Shown here: in pieces, positions 52,865-63,140 of the stretch
Numbering within the stretch: position 1 is the stretch's first letter
Layout: each line of letters starts with the position of its first letter
IMG/VR virus record: IMGVR_UViG_3300028423_000861
Coordinates: 64,001-128,000 of that record
Length of the DNA stretch: 64,000 nucleotides
Source of the DNA: a virus
Strand: one strand, 5' to 3'
Notes under the pieces: model-generated
Seen by the model: the letters and a program-made list of their open reading frames with translations, nothing else
The model's database searches: none
What the model was told of the DNA's origin: nothing
Made by a program: the position numbers and the translations under genes

Positions 52865-53263
52865 TCACCCCCCTCTAATATCCTGTAACAATTCATGCGA
52901 CTGTATTACAGGTATTTCTCTTTTTTCTGCTTGTTCACACATGTTAGCAGTTCCGTCGCCTCCAGGAAATGCTAGAACCAGGTCGACAACTAACAAATCA
53001 ATCATCAATTGATTGCGTATAGGACCGGCTGCCCGATTGTATTTTGTCCAGTTGGCAGGTATTTTAACTTGGTCTATTCCTACTTCTTTACAAACTTTAT
53101 TGGCTGTGGTGTCTGCGCCTGGTGCATCACCATGAACTACAACCAAGTGATCGTATTCAGTATCAAGATACACGAGACAGTCAAAAACCGATGCAACATC
53201 ACAGAATGTTCTACCCCCGGTCACCAGAACTATAGTCGAGGAGTTGTGCGATTTCCTGTGCAA
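52865..53263 (-). CDS. SLOG family (DUF2493/YspA-like) protein
   Basis: VLVTGGR, HGDAPGAD, AGPIRN..M, AFPGG.GT. Confidence 0.85.
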   Translation of the reverse strand: MHRKSHNSSTIVLVTGGRTFCDVASVFDCLVYLDTEYDHLVVVHGDAPGADTTANKVCKEVGIDQVKIPANWTKYNRAAGPIRNQLMIDLLVVDLVLAFPGGDGTANMCEQAEKREIPVIQSHELLQDIRGG

Positions 53264-53698
53264 GTATCTGTCTCACTTCTTGTGGTGTAATGTGTGTCTG
53301 GAAATCATTAATTCTTCGAAAGAGTTTTAATTTCAATTCTTTCAAATCATCGTCAATCCAAACAAAAAATCTGGCATTTTCATTATCTTGCCATGTCATT
53401 GATATGGTGTATTCAACACCATCCACTTCAACGCGCATATATCACCCGCTAATGTAAGGACCTGATTTGGGTCTATACCAAGATTTTTGGTTATGAAGAC
53501 GACCCAGGAGTTCATTTAACTCCTGGATCTCTTGGTCAATTTCTTTCACACGAGGAAGATCACTAACAGGTTTTATAGTGCTTTCCACATGTGTTAGACG
53601 CAATTTAGATAGACGACTTACTTTGTCGTGAAGTGCATTTTCTATGAGTTCGATGTCTTTAATGTCTAATTCGAAATTCTTATTATAGCTCATTTACA

Positions 53699-54091
53699 CT
53701 AGTGTTTCCATCTGTTGCGTTTTTGCCAGTATTGTTTCCATTTACGATAACCACCTTTGCGATCGAAAGAAAGATTGTATTCTGCTTTTTTAATACGCTC
53801 TTCCAGTCTGTCTATCGCATCTTTTATCAGTTGTTGTTCATACGAAACTTCTGGCTTGTAGGCGAGTTTACTACCTTTTTTATTGTTACATTCAAAACAT
53901 GCTACAACACAATTACTTGATGTATGATATCCACTTGTATGACTTCGAGGTATCACATGATCCATTGTAGCTGTTTTTTTAGTAAGTAGGCGTTTACAAT
54001 AGTAACACCTATAATTTTGTTTTTGGAGAATTCGTTCTCGATCTAGTTTATAAAAAGCTCTAGCGAGTCTTTTCTTGTTTTTTCTTTTCAT
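53699..54091 (-). CDS. HNH endonuclease
   Basis: CYYC, TMDHVIPRS, NCVVACFECNNKKG. Confidence 0.88.
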   Translation of the reverse strand: MKRKNKKRLARAFYKLDRERILQKQNYRCYYCKRLLTKKTATMDHVIPRSHTSGYHTSSNCVVACFECNNKKGSKLAYKPEVSYEQQLIKDAIDRLEERIKKAEYNLSFDRKGGYRKWKQYWQKRNRWKH

Positions 54092-54138
54092 GAAAGGTGT
54101 CCTTCTGTTTCGAGGACTGCCCCAATTTTTATTGTTAT

Positions 54139-54425
54139 TATGGAGGGATTCTGTTTCTAGGCTCCCTCCGGGCCCAGCTGATTATGCCGCTAGGGCAACC
54201 TCAGCAGGTGCTGCGTTTGTGTTTGCAGTTATTAAGATGCGACTATTTCGCGTTCGCCTCCGACTAACTCCACTTCCCTACAACGTGCATCGATCCTATG
54301 TCGCCCCCATCAAAACATTACTTGCTGTTACACTATGGCCATTAACCTATTTGGTCACAAGTAACGTTATGGTGGAGGCGTCCGGTACTGCCCCGGAGTC
54401 TACTACGCTTTCAAGTTGCTTCCTC
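54139..54425 (-). ncRNA. ssrA: circularly permuted two-piece tmRNA; tag ANTNAAPAEVALAA (54182-54226)
   Basis: acceptor piece ends CGCCTCCACCA at 54370; hairpin spacer; coding piece starts GGGGGCGA at 54308. Confidence 0.92.
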
Positions 54426-54750
54426 GTTAGCATGTTTATTTATACAGAAATCCCAGGGCATTGTCAACTGATTTGCAAACGGAAGTAGACAAGAACCACA
54501 GTCATAATCATCTTGTACAAGTCTTTCAAGTAATTCCTCTTCAGTTGCATAATCTTTTGTGCTAATGCCCCTGCATTGACATATTATCATTTATTGAATC
54601 CATTCAACTTCAACGTTAGTGCTGCCACCACCACGCAAAAATCTCTCACTGCTTGATCCGGTCGCATAAAATTCAGGTTTATAAGGAAGTCTAGAAATAA
54701 CGTTGGCACCCATGCCATTAATTCTCCGTTATTGTTGTATTTATATGGTT

Positions 54751-55626
54751 TCAAGCAATCCATTCAACTTCAAAAGTGGTGTTACTGTAACCACTGTTCA
54801 GTGTTCTGTCACCACTGTCACCGTTCGCATACCATTCAGATACCATGCTAGCAACACCATCAAGAGGAAAGACGTTGCTTGTTTTGCACGACTGCCAGCG
54901 GTTATCGCCATTGTTAACCCAGGACTGGTGTTCGTATCTAATAAGAGTTCCACCGCTGTCATACAGGGCGACACGGGCTCTACCGAGCGTCGTCTGTCGG
55001 TTAGGACAATCTCCACTTGTTCTCACAACTGCGGCGTTTGCATCAGCTGGAACGTCTACACGTTTGGTTGTTGAATTGTATGCACTCAGTGTATCAAAAT
55101 CAACGTCCCAATTTGGTAGTTCAGTCCAAGTGCTTGAAGGCACAGTATATCTAGATGATAGATGTATATGCAAGAAGCCTATGCGTCCTAATGTTGCAAA
55201 GCCAAGTGATGTATAATCCGGATCCCATTGCATATCCGAACCGAATGTTCTACGACTTGTCATAAAGATTTCGTCACCCAAATTTGCTATAAAAGGACGT
55301 GTTCTGAATCCAAATGCGGCGCGGCCATCGTAACGGTCAAACGTTCCTTCTAGCATTTCAACTCCGCTTCCGTCCGTTGGATCACGTTTAACCTGTATGT
55401 CATAATCCACAGAATAGTTTGAGGAATTGAAAAATGTAGTCCCAAATACCTGTATGGGTTTTCCGTCTGCTGATGGAGGGAGAACCATTCTTGTCCCTCC
55501 AGCATCCAAAATAGCATTACTGTTAATGTTTGAAGAAGATCCAAAATATCTCCATGCAAGTTCTTGTGTGGAGGTTGTATGTGTGTTTAATGGTGAATTT
55601 TGTGCTCTAAGATATGCCCAGGTCAT
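54751..55626 (-). CDS. beta-rich putative virion/tail-associated protein
   Basis: composition; cluster of four similar genes. Confidence 0.5.
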   Translation of the reverse strand: MTWAYLRAQNSPLNTHTTSTQELAWRYFGSSSNINSNAILDAGGTRMVLPPSADGKPIQVFGTTFFNSSNYSVDYDIQVKRDPTDGSGVEMLEGTFDRYDGRAAFGFRTRPFIANLGDEIFMTSRRTFGSDMQWDPDYTSLGFATLGRIGFLHIHLSSRYTVPSSTWTELPNWDVDFDTLSAYNSTTKRVDVPADANAAVVRTSGDCPNRQTTLGRARVALYDSGGTLIRYEHQSWVNNGDNRWQSCKTSNVFPLDGVASMVSEWYANGDSGDRTLNSGYSNTTFEVEWIA

Positions 55627-55635
55627 GTTTTGTCC

Positions 55636-56133
55636 TTATGAATAGTCGTAACCCACTGCGCTCATGAATGTGTTGCTCAATCCGGGTTGCACGTATTTGG
55701 TTCTTGCATGATAAATTCTTATCTCAAGATAGTCATCTTGTACAACAGGTATGATGTTGGTCGTTCCCACAGCACCTTTTTCTTCCTTGTATTCACCAGG
55801 CTGGTCAGCAACAATGCCACCTGACCTAAAGATCTGTAGGCGGTGATATCCATCGCCCGTGTAGTTACTCGGAAACATAGCCCATGTTAAAGTAACATAG
55901 TTAATACCCGAAGGAACGTATAGTCGTCTTGAACTGAGATCTGGACGGAACCAGGGTTCTGTCGACGAAGTGTCTTCATGCAATGTATTAAAAGCTAGCC
56001 ATGTGTATGCACGACCACTTAATGTTTGTGAGCTTCCGGAACGATAAATTGTTGCATATGAAACAACATTTATTGAATCACTAAACTGACTTCCACTTCC
56101 ACTAGCAATTGAACCAGGTATAGGCATGATCAT
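55636..56133 (-). CDS. beta-rich putative virion protein
   Basis: MPIPGSIASG N-terminus; context. Confidence 0.45.
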   Translation of the reverse strand: MIMPIPGSIASGSGSQFSDSINVVSYATIYRSGSSQTLSGRAYTWLAFNTLHEDTSSTEPWFRPDLSSRRLYVPSGINYVTLTWAMFPSNYTGDGYHRLQIFRSGGIVADQPGEYKEEKGAVGTTNIIPVVQDDYLEIRIYHARTKYVQPGLSNTFMSAVGYDYS

Positions 56134-56145
56134 GGTGGATTCTCC

Positions 56146-57138
56146 TTATGACGACTCTACGCCAATTTCGGCCGCTTTGGCTTCTGCTACTGTCCATGCT
56201 ACACCAGTTGCTGGATTTACGTCCCAATAATCACGAAATTGTTGATATGCAATTGTTAGCGTATTTGAAGTTTTTACATCATCAGTGGTGCCAGAACGGA
56301 TCATTAGACTTATGCTTTGGACTGGTTCTGCTGCTTTTTTCGCTCTGACCGATAGACCATAACCAATTACGTCCCAGCCAGTATCAAAGTCGGTTGTAAG
56401 AGTTGCCGGTGTAAAAGTTGCCTTGTTTCCAGCACTCTGGGTTTCAATAGTGTCAGTATCATTACGTCCATTTTCATCTACATCTGTATAAGCGCCGGTC
56501 CATGCTGTATAATTTCCAGCGCCGCCGGGTTTTGTTTGGACATATTCCATTGAAGTAGTAAGTTCATCACAAACAAAAACTCCTGAAAATGTTGTTTGTT
56601 TATCAAAAAATCTTCTTCCACCTAAACGAAATGATTTAATCTGACTTCCTGTTCGAAAAATAGTATCGCCACTGTAAGTATAAACAGAAACGCCGTCCTT
56701 CCAAAATTCAATTGAACCACTTACATCATCCAAAACAAATTTCATGTCCCAGCGATTTTTTATGCCTGAGCCTGTAAATTCAAAAGTACTTCCTGCTTGT
56801 ATCCAAGATGTTCCATCATTATACTCGACAGTGGTTGTATTGTCATCTTGTGGTTTATTAACACGCCATATTGCTTCGTCATTTTCATTATAAAGCAAAA
56901 CAGTATTTGCTGAGTTCATATCCCAGTTATCCAAGTAAACATTAAAAGCCAAATATATAGTTGCTGAGGGAGTTGCGAGGTCAAGAATGTCTGTCAATCC
57001 ATCTACCCCAGCACCCTCCGTAACATAAGGTGCAATTTCACTTGCGGCTGTAACAGAAGAACTTTCACTTGATGGTGTACCTTCCCAAAAGTCGTTGATA
57101 GATGTTCCTGTAAAAAGCAAAGCCATTTTTATCTCCAT
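56146..57138 (-). CDS. putative virion/tail protein
   Basis: C-terminal NPATGVAWT..E....EIG; Thr/Gly rich. Confidence 0.55.
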   Translation of the reverse strand: MEIKMALLFTGTSINDFWEGTPSSESSSVTAASEIAPYVTEGAGVDGLTDILDLATPSATIYLAFNVYLDNWDMNSANTVLLYNENDEAIWRVNKPQDDNTTTVEYNDGTSWIQAGSTFEFTGSGIKNRWDMKFVLDDVSGSIEFWKDGVSVYTYSGDTIFRTGSQIKSFRLGGRRFFDKQTTFSGVFVCDELTTSMEYVQTKPGGAGNYTAWTGAYTDVDENGRNDTDTIETQSAGNKATFTPATLTTDFDTGWDVIGYGLSVRAKKAAEPVQSISLMIRSGTTDDVKTSNTLTIAYQQFRDYWDVNPATGVAWTVAEAKAAEIGVESS

Positions 57139-57150
57139 TAAATTTTAAAT

Positions 57151-57585
57151 TTATGCAAGCCCACCAACCAAAGTATAGGTATCAGACCCCTTGGGTACCA
57201 CAGTAGCAACTGAATACTGGTCTGTTAGTGTTAGAACACCATTCCTTGCATTTACTGTTGATGTGCCATCACCTTGGAAAGTTACAACATTTGATCCTGT
57301 ATTTTCGAAAGATGGTGGAATTCCGTCAAGGCCAACGGGCACAGTAATTGTGATATTACCACCACTTGTGTCAACATCTTTGTAAACACCACCCGCAAAG
57401 TCTGCTGAAGTAAGTGTATAATTTGAGCTTATGGTAGTGCCGCGAGTGAACAGTGTATCGTTTGTTGCCCCTGATTCAATACCTGATAATTTGGTTTTTT
57501 CTGCATCAGTGTAGGCGTTTGTATCTGATTCACCCTCGTATGCAGTTTTAATTACTGAACCTAATGTGCTTAGTTCTACGCTCAT
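57151..57585 (-). CDS. tail-fibre-like domain protein
   Basis: AEKTKLSGIESGA repeat; YTL...D, ITITVP, QYS.A C-terminal module. Confidence 0.65.
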   Translation of the reverse strand: MSVELSTLGSVIKTAYEGESDTNAYTDAEKTKLSGIESGATNDTLFTRGTTISSNYTLTSADFAGGVYKDVDTSGGNITITVPVGLDGIPPSFENTGSNVVTFQGDGTSTVNARNGVLTLTDQYSVATVVPKGSDTYTLVGGLA

Positions 57586-58838
57586 TATCCTATTCCAATC
57601 CTGTTTAGCGATATGCTATTTTAATTTACAGTATTTATAGGATTTTAGGAGTGATCGTCAAAATCACCCAAGCGCATTTCAAGAACAAAATTGGCTACCA
57701 CGAGATTAATCGCAGTAGCCAACAGAATAAGTTCTCGAGACTCGCTCGAATCAGATGACTGAATGCGTTCTAAAACACTCATAGCAAGCATGTTATAAAC
57801 AGCATCACGGTCAAGATTAAGACCATCCCATTTGATTGGATCGTCTTTTTCAATCTCTTTTGCTAGATCTATAAGTTGTTTTGAATCTATCATTATTTGA
57901 AAATGTCAAGCGCCTGGAGTATTACAATTCCGAAAACCAAGAATACTGCTCCAACCGCAATCAACCCAGCCAATGTCAACCGAGCCAACTCCTATGCAAA
58001 AAGGGCCAATCCTGTTAGCAATATACCAAACACGATGGCCCAAAATATCAATTGCCCAAGCTCATGCTTGAGTTTTTTGTATGTGCCTGGTTTAGGCATC
58101 GCTGCCTTTAAACCAGCTCACTACACGATCATAAATTGCTTTGACCCAAGCTGGTTGTGGAAGTAGATTCCAACCAATAATGAGTCCTACACCAATCCAA
58201 AATAAAATGTCCAACATGATACATCTCCTTTATGTCTTTAAGACTGAGTATTTATCATGCTTTTCTGAAACCACGTTTCTAGATCAGCCTGAAAAACCTG
58301 CTTAACTTTTTCTTGATTCAATTTTTGATCATGAACTCTTGTTCTATCTTTAACATATATTATTTTATTTTTTTCAAGTCTCACGATTATGTTTGCAGAA
58401 ATTATTAATTCAAACGGTAAAGTTTTATTTCTTGAGCGGGTGCTGAGTAAAACAAGATTTTCAGATTTACAAAAATTAGCACTCAAACGCAATGATTCAC
58501 ATCTATCAATAAGAAGCTTTCGCGGTCGTGTGTCTTGGTTAACAAAGGTTTTATAAAATTCATCTTGATACATCAAGATAACAAAATCTGGTTGCCAGGG
58601 AATATATCCTCCATATTCCCTGGCTAGAACCAACTCTTTATTATGCAATGGCATCTTCAACCATTTCATTAATTTCTACATATTGTGTGTTTTCTTCTTT
58701 TCGCGCACGGAAGAAGATGCACTCTGCCTGCATTTCACTCAATGCATCATATGTTTCTGTAGTTCCGTCAGATTTGATAATAACAACTTCAAACATCATT
58801 TCCTCCTTGTTAATTGAAAACGACATGTAACATGCTGT

Positions 58839-59387
58839 TTATAAACTGTCAACTGTATCTAAAAGCTTATCTGTTTTATGCTGTGCGGCAAGATGTATTG
58901 CAAATTCCCAATAAGCTTCACGATCAAGTTCTTGAAAAAGGAAATCACTCTCGAAATCCACAACAGTCCACATGCCGGCTTTGACTTCTTTTTTCAATTG
59001 TCCTGGCTGCCATGAACAATATCCAGTTACTAATAGATATTGATTGGGACCAACACCACGATTGATGTCACTTACAATATATTTTCCACCTGTATAAGCA
59101 ATACTGTCATTCAAAACAATGCTAGTTTCTCTTGCATAGTCAGCGGTGTGAAGAACATACCCAAGGTGGCGATCAACAGGACCTCCCATGTGAATACGCT
59201 CTGGATACGGCCATCCAATTTCTTCAGACCACTTACTAGCAATATCATAATCCATTGGAACATTCAAAATAACACCAATTGCACCAGCGGTGTCATCTGT
59301 GTGAACATAGATCACTGTTTGCCGAAATGTATCTGTATTCAGTTTGGGCGTTGCGATTAAAATCTGGCCCTCAATATTATTTGACAT
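58839..59387 (-). CDS. YqgE/AlgH family protein
   Basis: LIATP, GVILN.P, GGPV, GYCSWQPGQL..E...G.W. Confidence 0.9.
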   Translation of the reverse strand: MSNNIEGQILIATPKLNTDTFRQTVIYVHTDDTAGAIGVILNVPMDYDIASKWSEEIGWPYPERIHMGGPVDRHLGYVLHTADYARETSIVLNDSIAYTGGKYIVSDINRGVGPNQYLLVTGYCSWQPGQLKKEVKAGMWTVVDFESDFLFQELDREAYWEFAIHLAAQHKTDKLLDTVDSL

Positions 59388-59436
59388 ACCATCCTCGTTT
59401 GTTACGACAAATATACTTATCTATTTGAGGTTTGTC

Positions 59437-59467
59437 AAAAAAAGAGTGAGCAATTAACGCTCACTCT
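59437..59467 (-). terminator. intrinsic terminator
   Basis: AGAGTGAGC-loop-GCTCACTCT-TTTTTT. Confidence 0.8.
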
Positions 59468-59700
59468 CTAGTTCTTTTGCTTGCTTATATAAAGTATCAG
59501 CTAGGTCGGGGTAGCCCATTCGCTGCATTTCGCTTGCGGCGCGCAAGTAGCCCAAGCGTTCAAAAGTTTTCAAAATGATTTTCATTATATCACTCCTGCT
59601 TGTTTTAGTTCTTTGATGCGTTTTTGGATCTCATCAGGATCTCTAACGCCTTCAAGATAACGTGAAGCAGTAACAGCATTTGAAAATGCACTGACAATGT

Positions 59701-59868
59701 TTACCATTTGAAATATCCCATGCGCTCTAGTTCACGTTCACGACGCTCTAGATCGCAACGATCGACACTCTGCGCGAGATAATCTTCAATTTCTCGCTGG
59801 CGTCGAGTCATAATACGTTGGTTATCTTTATCATTGAAGTTGAAAAAATCAACTACTGAATTAAACAT
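59701..59868 (-). CDS. DUF3563-like small protein (55 aa), missed by the ORF track
   Basis: EDYLAQSVDRCDLERREREL. Confidence 0.6.
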   Translation of the reverse strand: MFNSVVDFFNFNDKDNQRIMTRRQREIEDYLAQSVDRCDLERRERELERMGYFKW

Positions 59869-60131
59869 ATTGATCATAGTCCTGCCTCCTTGAGTAGGCG
59901 ATCATAAGCCTGTTCACGGTCTTCGATCCCATATTCCATTTCTACATAACGACGTAGACCTTTACGGTATTCGTTTCTATAAAATAAATTTTTAATAAAT
60001 TTTTTCATTACAAAGCCCTCTCGAATCAAGAAAAATGCAGGTACTTGCTGCACCTGCACAATAATATTTACAATATTTCGGGGCTGATCACAACTGCATT
60101 CTACGTAATCACGTCATGCATTGAATGCATA

Positions 60132-61517
60132 TCATTTTTCCATTTTGAAACCAATGCGTCCTTTGTTGCCGGTTGCAAAATAAGTTTTGTTATAGACAAA
60201 TGGTTTGTTGTTGTCTGGAAGTTTTGCATAATATGTGAACGTTACATTATTACCCTGCAAACCAACTTTGGTCAAGATTTGTATGTAACCAGTTTCGCGC
60301 AGTGTTGCATTAATAACATCTACAAATTCTTCCTCTGCATTGATTCGTGCCACCAAACGGTTGATAATAGCACTGAGCAAATGATTATGAAGTGAATATT
60401 CAGGTCTTTCAAGTGTTCCTTGATCAACGTTCTGATTTGTGATTAATTGTTTTAAGTTATCGCTTTTAAGAACTTCAGGATTCTGTTCGTTACGATCCAG
60501 TGATTCCATCTCTTCAATATCTTGCTGGTTGATAATTTTCATTCTTCTTGCAAGAACTACTGGGCCGAGTTCGCCTGCTCGTCTGGGATCACTGGAATAC
60601 GCAGGAAGAGTTGCTAGGTCTTTGACAATAGTTGCACCCTTGGGATAACGACGTGCTACATCCTGGGGCATTTCTTTGTAGATACCAAGCAAACTACTTG
60701 CTGCGCCACCTGCTTTATACATCTTGCTTGAAACACCAATGCGATTGTCTTCTGGAGTTACTACGTAACTATCAACCAACATAGCTGCTGTGTCTTGTGG
60801 GAAAATCACCTTGCTTCTTGACAAATCACTCGTATTGTATCTTTCCTGGATTTCTTCAATGTTGATATTTTGAATGTTGTCACTCATCAAAGCAATTACG
60901 CCAGCATATTCACCTGCGTATTTGGCAATAATACCTGCTTGAGATCTTTTTTCAAAATGAATTGGTTCGTTATTTCCAGCGGCGGACTGTATAACCTGCT
61001 CGATAAGTTCGCCTACGTGTTCATATTGCGTGCCTTCAAGAGATTTTGATAGATTGCTATGTATTGTTTTGATCAGTTCTTGGATCGTTCTTGGGTTTTC
61101 ATCTGGAATGAGGTCGCTGGGTTTGATTGGCAGGCTCTCTGATTCAATGGCAGCTTGGAATTTATAACCGTCAAAGGTCTTCCATTTATTATGGATTCCT
61201 TTAAGATCTTGAACGTAGCGAACCCAGTATTCTCTTTTGCCACGTGAAGTTTCAACTTCTGCGACAATTGCTGCTCGGCTTGCTGATGTTGGAGTATTAT
61301 CTTCTATGCGACGACCTATCTTGGGAATTACTTGATCAAGAGCAAGTTGCAATTCTTCAAGGTTGTCAAAGGCATAATCGTCTTGTGGACGAACAAATTT
61401 AATATCAATAATGGTGAGAGTATCTTCTGGATTGTTTACACTAACATAAACATCACCAGGTTGACGGGCGCTAACGCCTCTTGATTCATTCAAAAAGATT
61501 AATTCATTGGCTCGCAT
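60132..61517 (-). CDS. hypothetical, probable virion internal protein
   Basis: MRANELIFLNE N-terminus, TAAATA upstream. Confidence 0.6.
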   Translation of the reverse strand: MRANELIFLNESRGVSARQPGDVYVSVNNPEDTLTIIDIKFVRPQDDYAFDNLEELQLALDQVIPKIGRRIEDNTPTSASRAAIVAEVETSRGKREYWVRYVQDLKGIHNKWKTFDGYKFQAAIESESLPIKPSDLIPDENPRTIQELIKTIHSNLSKSLEGTQYEHVGELIEQVIQSAAGNNEPIHFEKRSQAGIIAKYAGEYAGVIALMSDNIQNINIEEIQERYNTSDLSRSKVIFPQDTAAMLVDSYVVTPEDNRIGVSSKMYKAGGAASSLLGIYKEMPQDVARRYPKGATIVKDLATLPAYSSDPRRAGELGPVVLARRMKIINQQDIEEMESLDRNEQNPEVLKSDNLKQLITNQNVDQGTLERPEYSLHNHLLSAIINRLVARINAEEEFVDVINATLRETGYIQILTKVGLQGNNVTFTYYAKLPDNNKPFVYNKTYFATGNKGRIGFKMEK

Positions 61518-61538
61518 AGTAATATTTATGCGATTAAA

Positions 61539-61838
61539 TTATTCTTCTTCAAGCGTGATCTTTAGTGCCATTCCAGACAACCGTATAAGAACTTGTGCTT
61601 CGGAAAATTTTTGTTCGGCAATTTCGTAAGGATAAACACCTGCAATGCCTTTGCCTTGAAAATGCACAAGCATCGTGATCTCTGTAGCTTCTTCCTGGCT
61701 CTTTCCAAAAACATAATGAAGCAATTCAATTACAAAGTCCATTGGCGTTACATCGTCATTGTGCAACACCACAGCCCATTTTTTAGGCTCTTTGATTTCA
61801 ACTTCTTCTTTTTCGATTGTATCTGGGTTTGTAGACAT
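61539..61838 (-). CDS. clpS: Clp protease adaptor ClpS
   Basis: VVLHNDDVTPMDFV, VH..GKG, EIAEQK. Confidence 0.93.
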   Translation of the reverse strand: MSTNPDTIEKEEVEIKEPKKWAVVLHNDDVTPMDFVIELLHYVFGKSQEEATEITMLVHFQGKGIAGVYPYEIAEQKFSEAQVLIRLSGMALKITLEEE

Positions 61839-61883
61839 GAAATCCTCTTGTAATAAGGGAGGGTAACCCCTCCCTTATTTTCT

Positions 61884-62324
61884 TTAGCTTTGTGTGATTT
61901 CGATCTTTTTGGGCTGTAGTTCTTCAGGAACCACGTTTACACACTTGATAGAAAGCATACCTTGCTTCAAGGATACACCTTCGACCTCAACGGTGTCAGC
62001 AAGTGTAAACTTGCGTTCAAAGTTGCGTGTTGCAATGCCTTTATAAAGATAATGTGTGTTGTCATCTGATTCACCGATGTCTGCACGAACAGTGAGAATA
62101 CCTTTGTGCAGTTCGATTTCAAAATCATCTTCATCAAAACCGGCAACAGCAATTTCAATCATGAACGTGTTGTCGTCGAGTTTGATAATATTGTATGGGG
62201 GATAACCGTGCGATGTTGTATTCTGAAAAACCTGTTCCATATCTTTGAACAGTCTGTCAAAACCGATTCCACGCTCGGTAAGAAATGTAGGTAGATTTGT
62301 TGTGTTAATTGTGCTTTTGTTCAT
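61884..62324 (-). CDS. small heat-shock protein Hsp20 (IbpA-like)
   Basis: GFDRLF, YPPYNI, IEIAVAGF, GIA.R.F.R.F.LA. Confidence 0.95.
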   Translation of the reverse strand: MNKSTINTTNLPTFLTERGIGFDRLFKDMEQVFQNTTSHGYPPYNIIKLDDNTFMIEIAVAGFDEDDFEIELHKGILTVRADIGESDDNTHYLYKGIATRNFERKFTLADTVEVEGVSLKQGMLSIKCVNVVPEELQPKKIEITQS

Positions 62325-62392
62325 TTTGATCTCCTTTTAAAGCAAGATTAATGTGGATCCCGTTATGGCAATCCACTCCTATTTATGACAAC

Positions 62393-62629
62393 TCAATCAA
62401 GATTTTTAGACTTGTCTTTGAGATGTCTCTTACGTGCCGCCGCTTTTGCCTTTTTGCGTTTTTCGCTAGGCTTTTCATAATAGCGACGTTCACGCAATTC
62501 CTTGAACACGCCTTCGCCCTGCATGATTTTCTTTAGGCGGCGCATTGCTTGATTCACATTGTTATCTCTAACTTCTACTCGTGTGCCACGAGGTCCTTCT
62601 TTTTTCTCGTTAGGGTTCTTACGAGCCAT
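62393..62629 (-). CDS. rpsU: 30S ribosomal protein S21
   Basis: [25 protein letters not shown]. Confidence 0.92.
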   Translation of the reverse strand: MARKNPNEKKEGPRGTRVEVRDNNVNQAMRRLKKIMQGEGVFKELRERRYYEKPSEKRKKAKAAARKRHLKDKSKNLD

Positions 62630-63140
62630 CTTTTTTACCTCTTAAATTTGCTGTAATTCGGTTGCCACTGAACTGTGGCTTGCCGTCAAGTTCAGACATT
62701 TCAACAGTATCAAGAACACGATTTATAATATCATATCCGATATCTGTATGCTGCCTCTCACGTCCGCGAAACTGGACTAGAATTTTAACCTTGTTTCCTT
62801 TTTTTAGAAAACGTTCAATATTTCGGCATTTGGTTTCAAAGTCATGATCGTCAATATTGGGCTTGAACTGAACTTCCTTTGTCGTTACACGGCTTTCTCT
62901 TTGTGCACGTTCGGCTTCTTTTTGTTTTTGTTTTTGCTCATAACGATATTTGCCGAGCTCTAAAATTTTACAAATAGGAGGATCAGTTTGCTCATTGATC
63001 ATGACCAAATCTAATCCAGCCGCTTCTGCTTGATCCAATGCCTTTTTTGTAGGAAGCACCGAAGCCCCTGATTCAGTTACAAGACGCACATTTGGATGGC
63101 GTATGTCCTGATTGGCCAAAATACGTGACCCTTTTTTCAT
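62619..63140 (-). CDS. infC: translation initiation factor IF3
   Basis: NQDIR..VRLV, GLDLV, PPICKI, KEVQF.P.I..HD, FRGRE. Confidence 0.95.
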   Translation of the reverse strand: MKKGSRILANQDIRHPNVRLVTESGASVLPTKKALDQAEAAGLDLVMINEQTDPPICKILELGKYRYEQKQKQKEAERAQRESRVTTKEVQFKPNIDDHDFETKCRNIERFLKKGNKVKILVQFRGRERQHTDIGYDIINRVLDTVEMSELDGKPQFSGNRITANLRGKKDGS

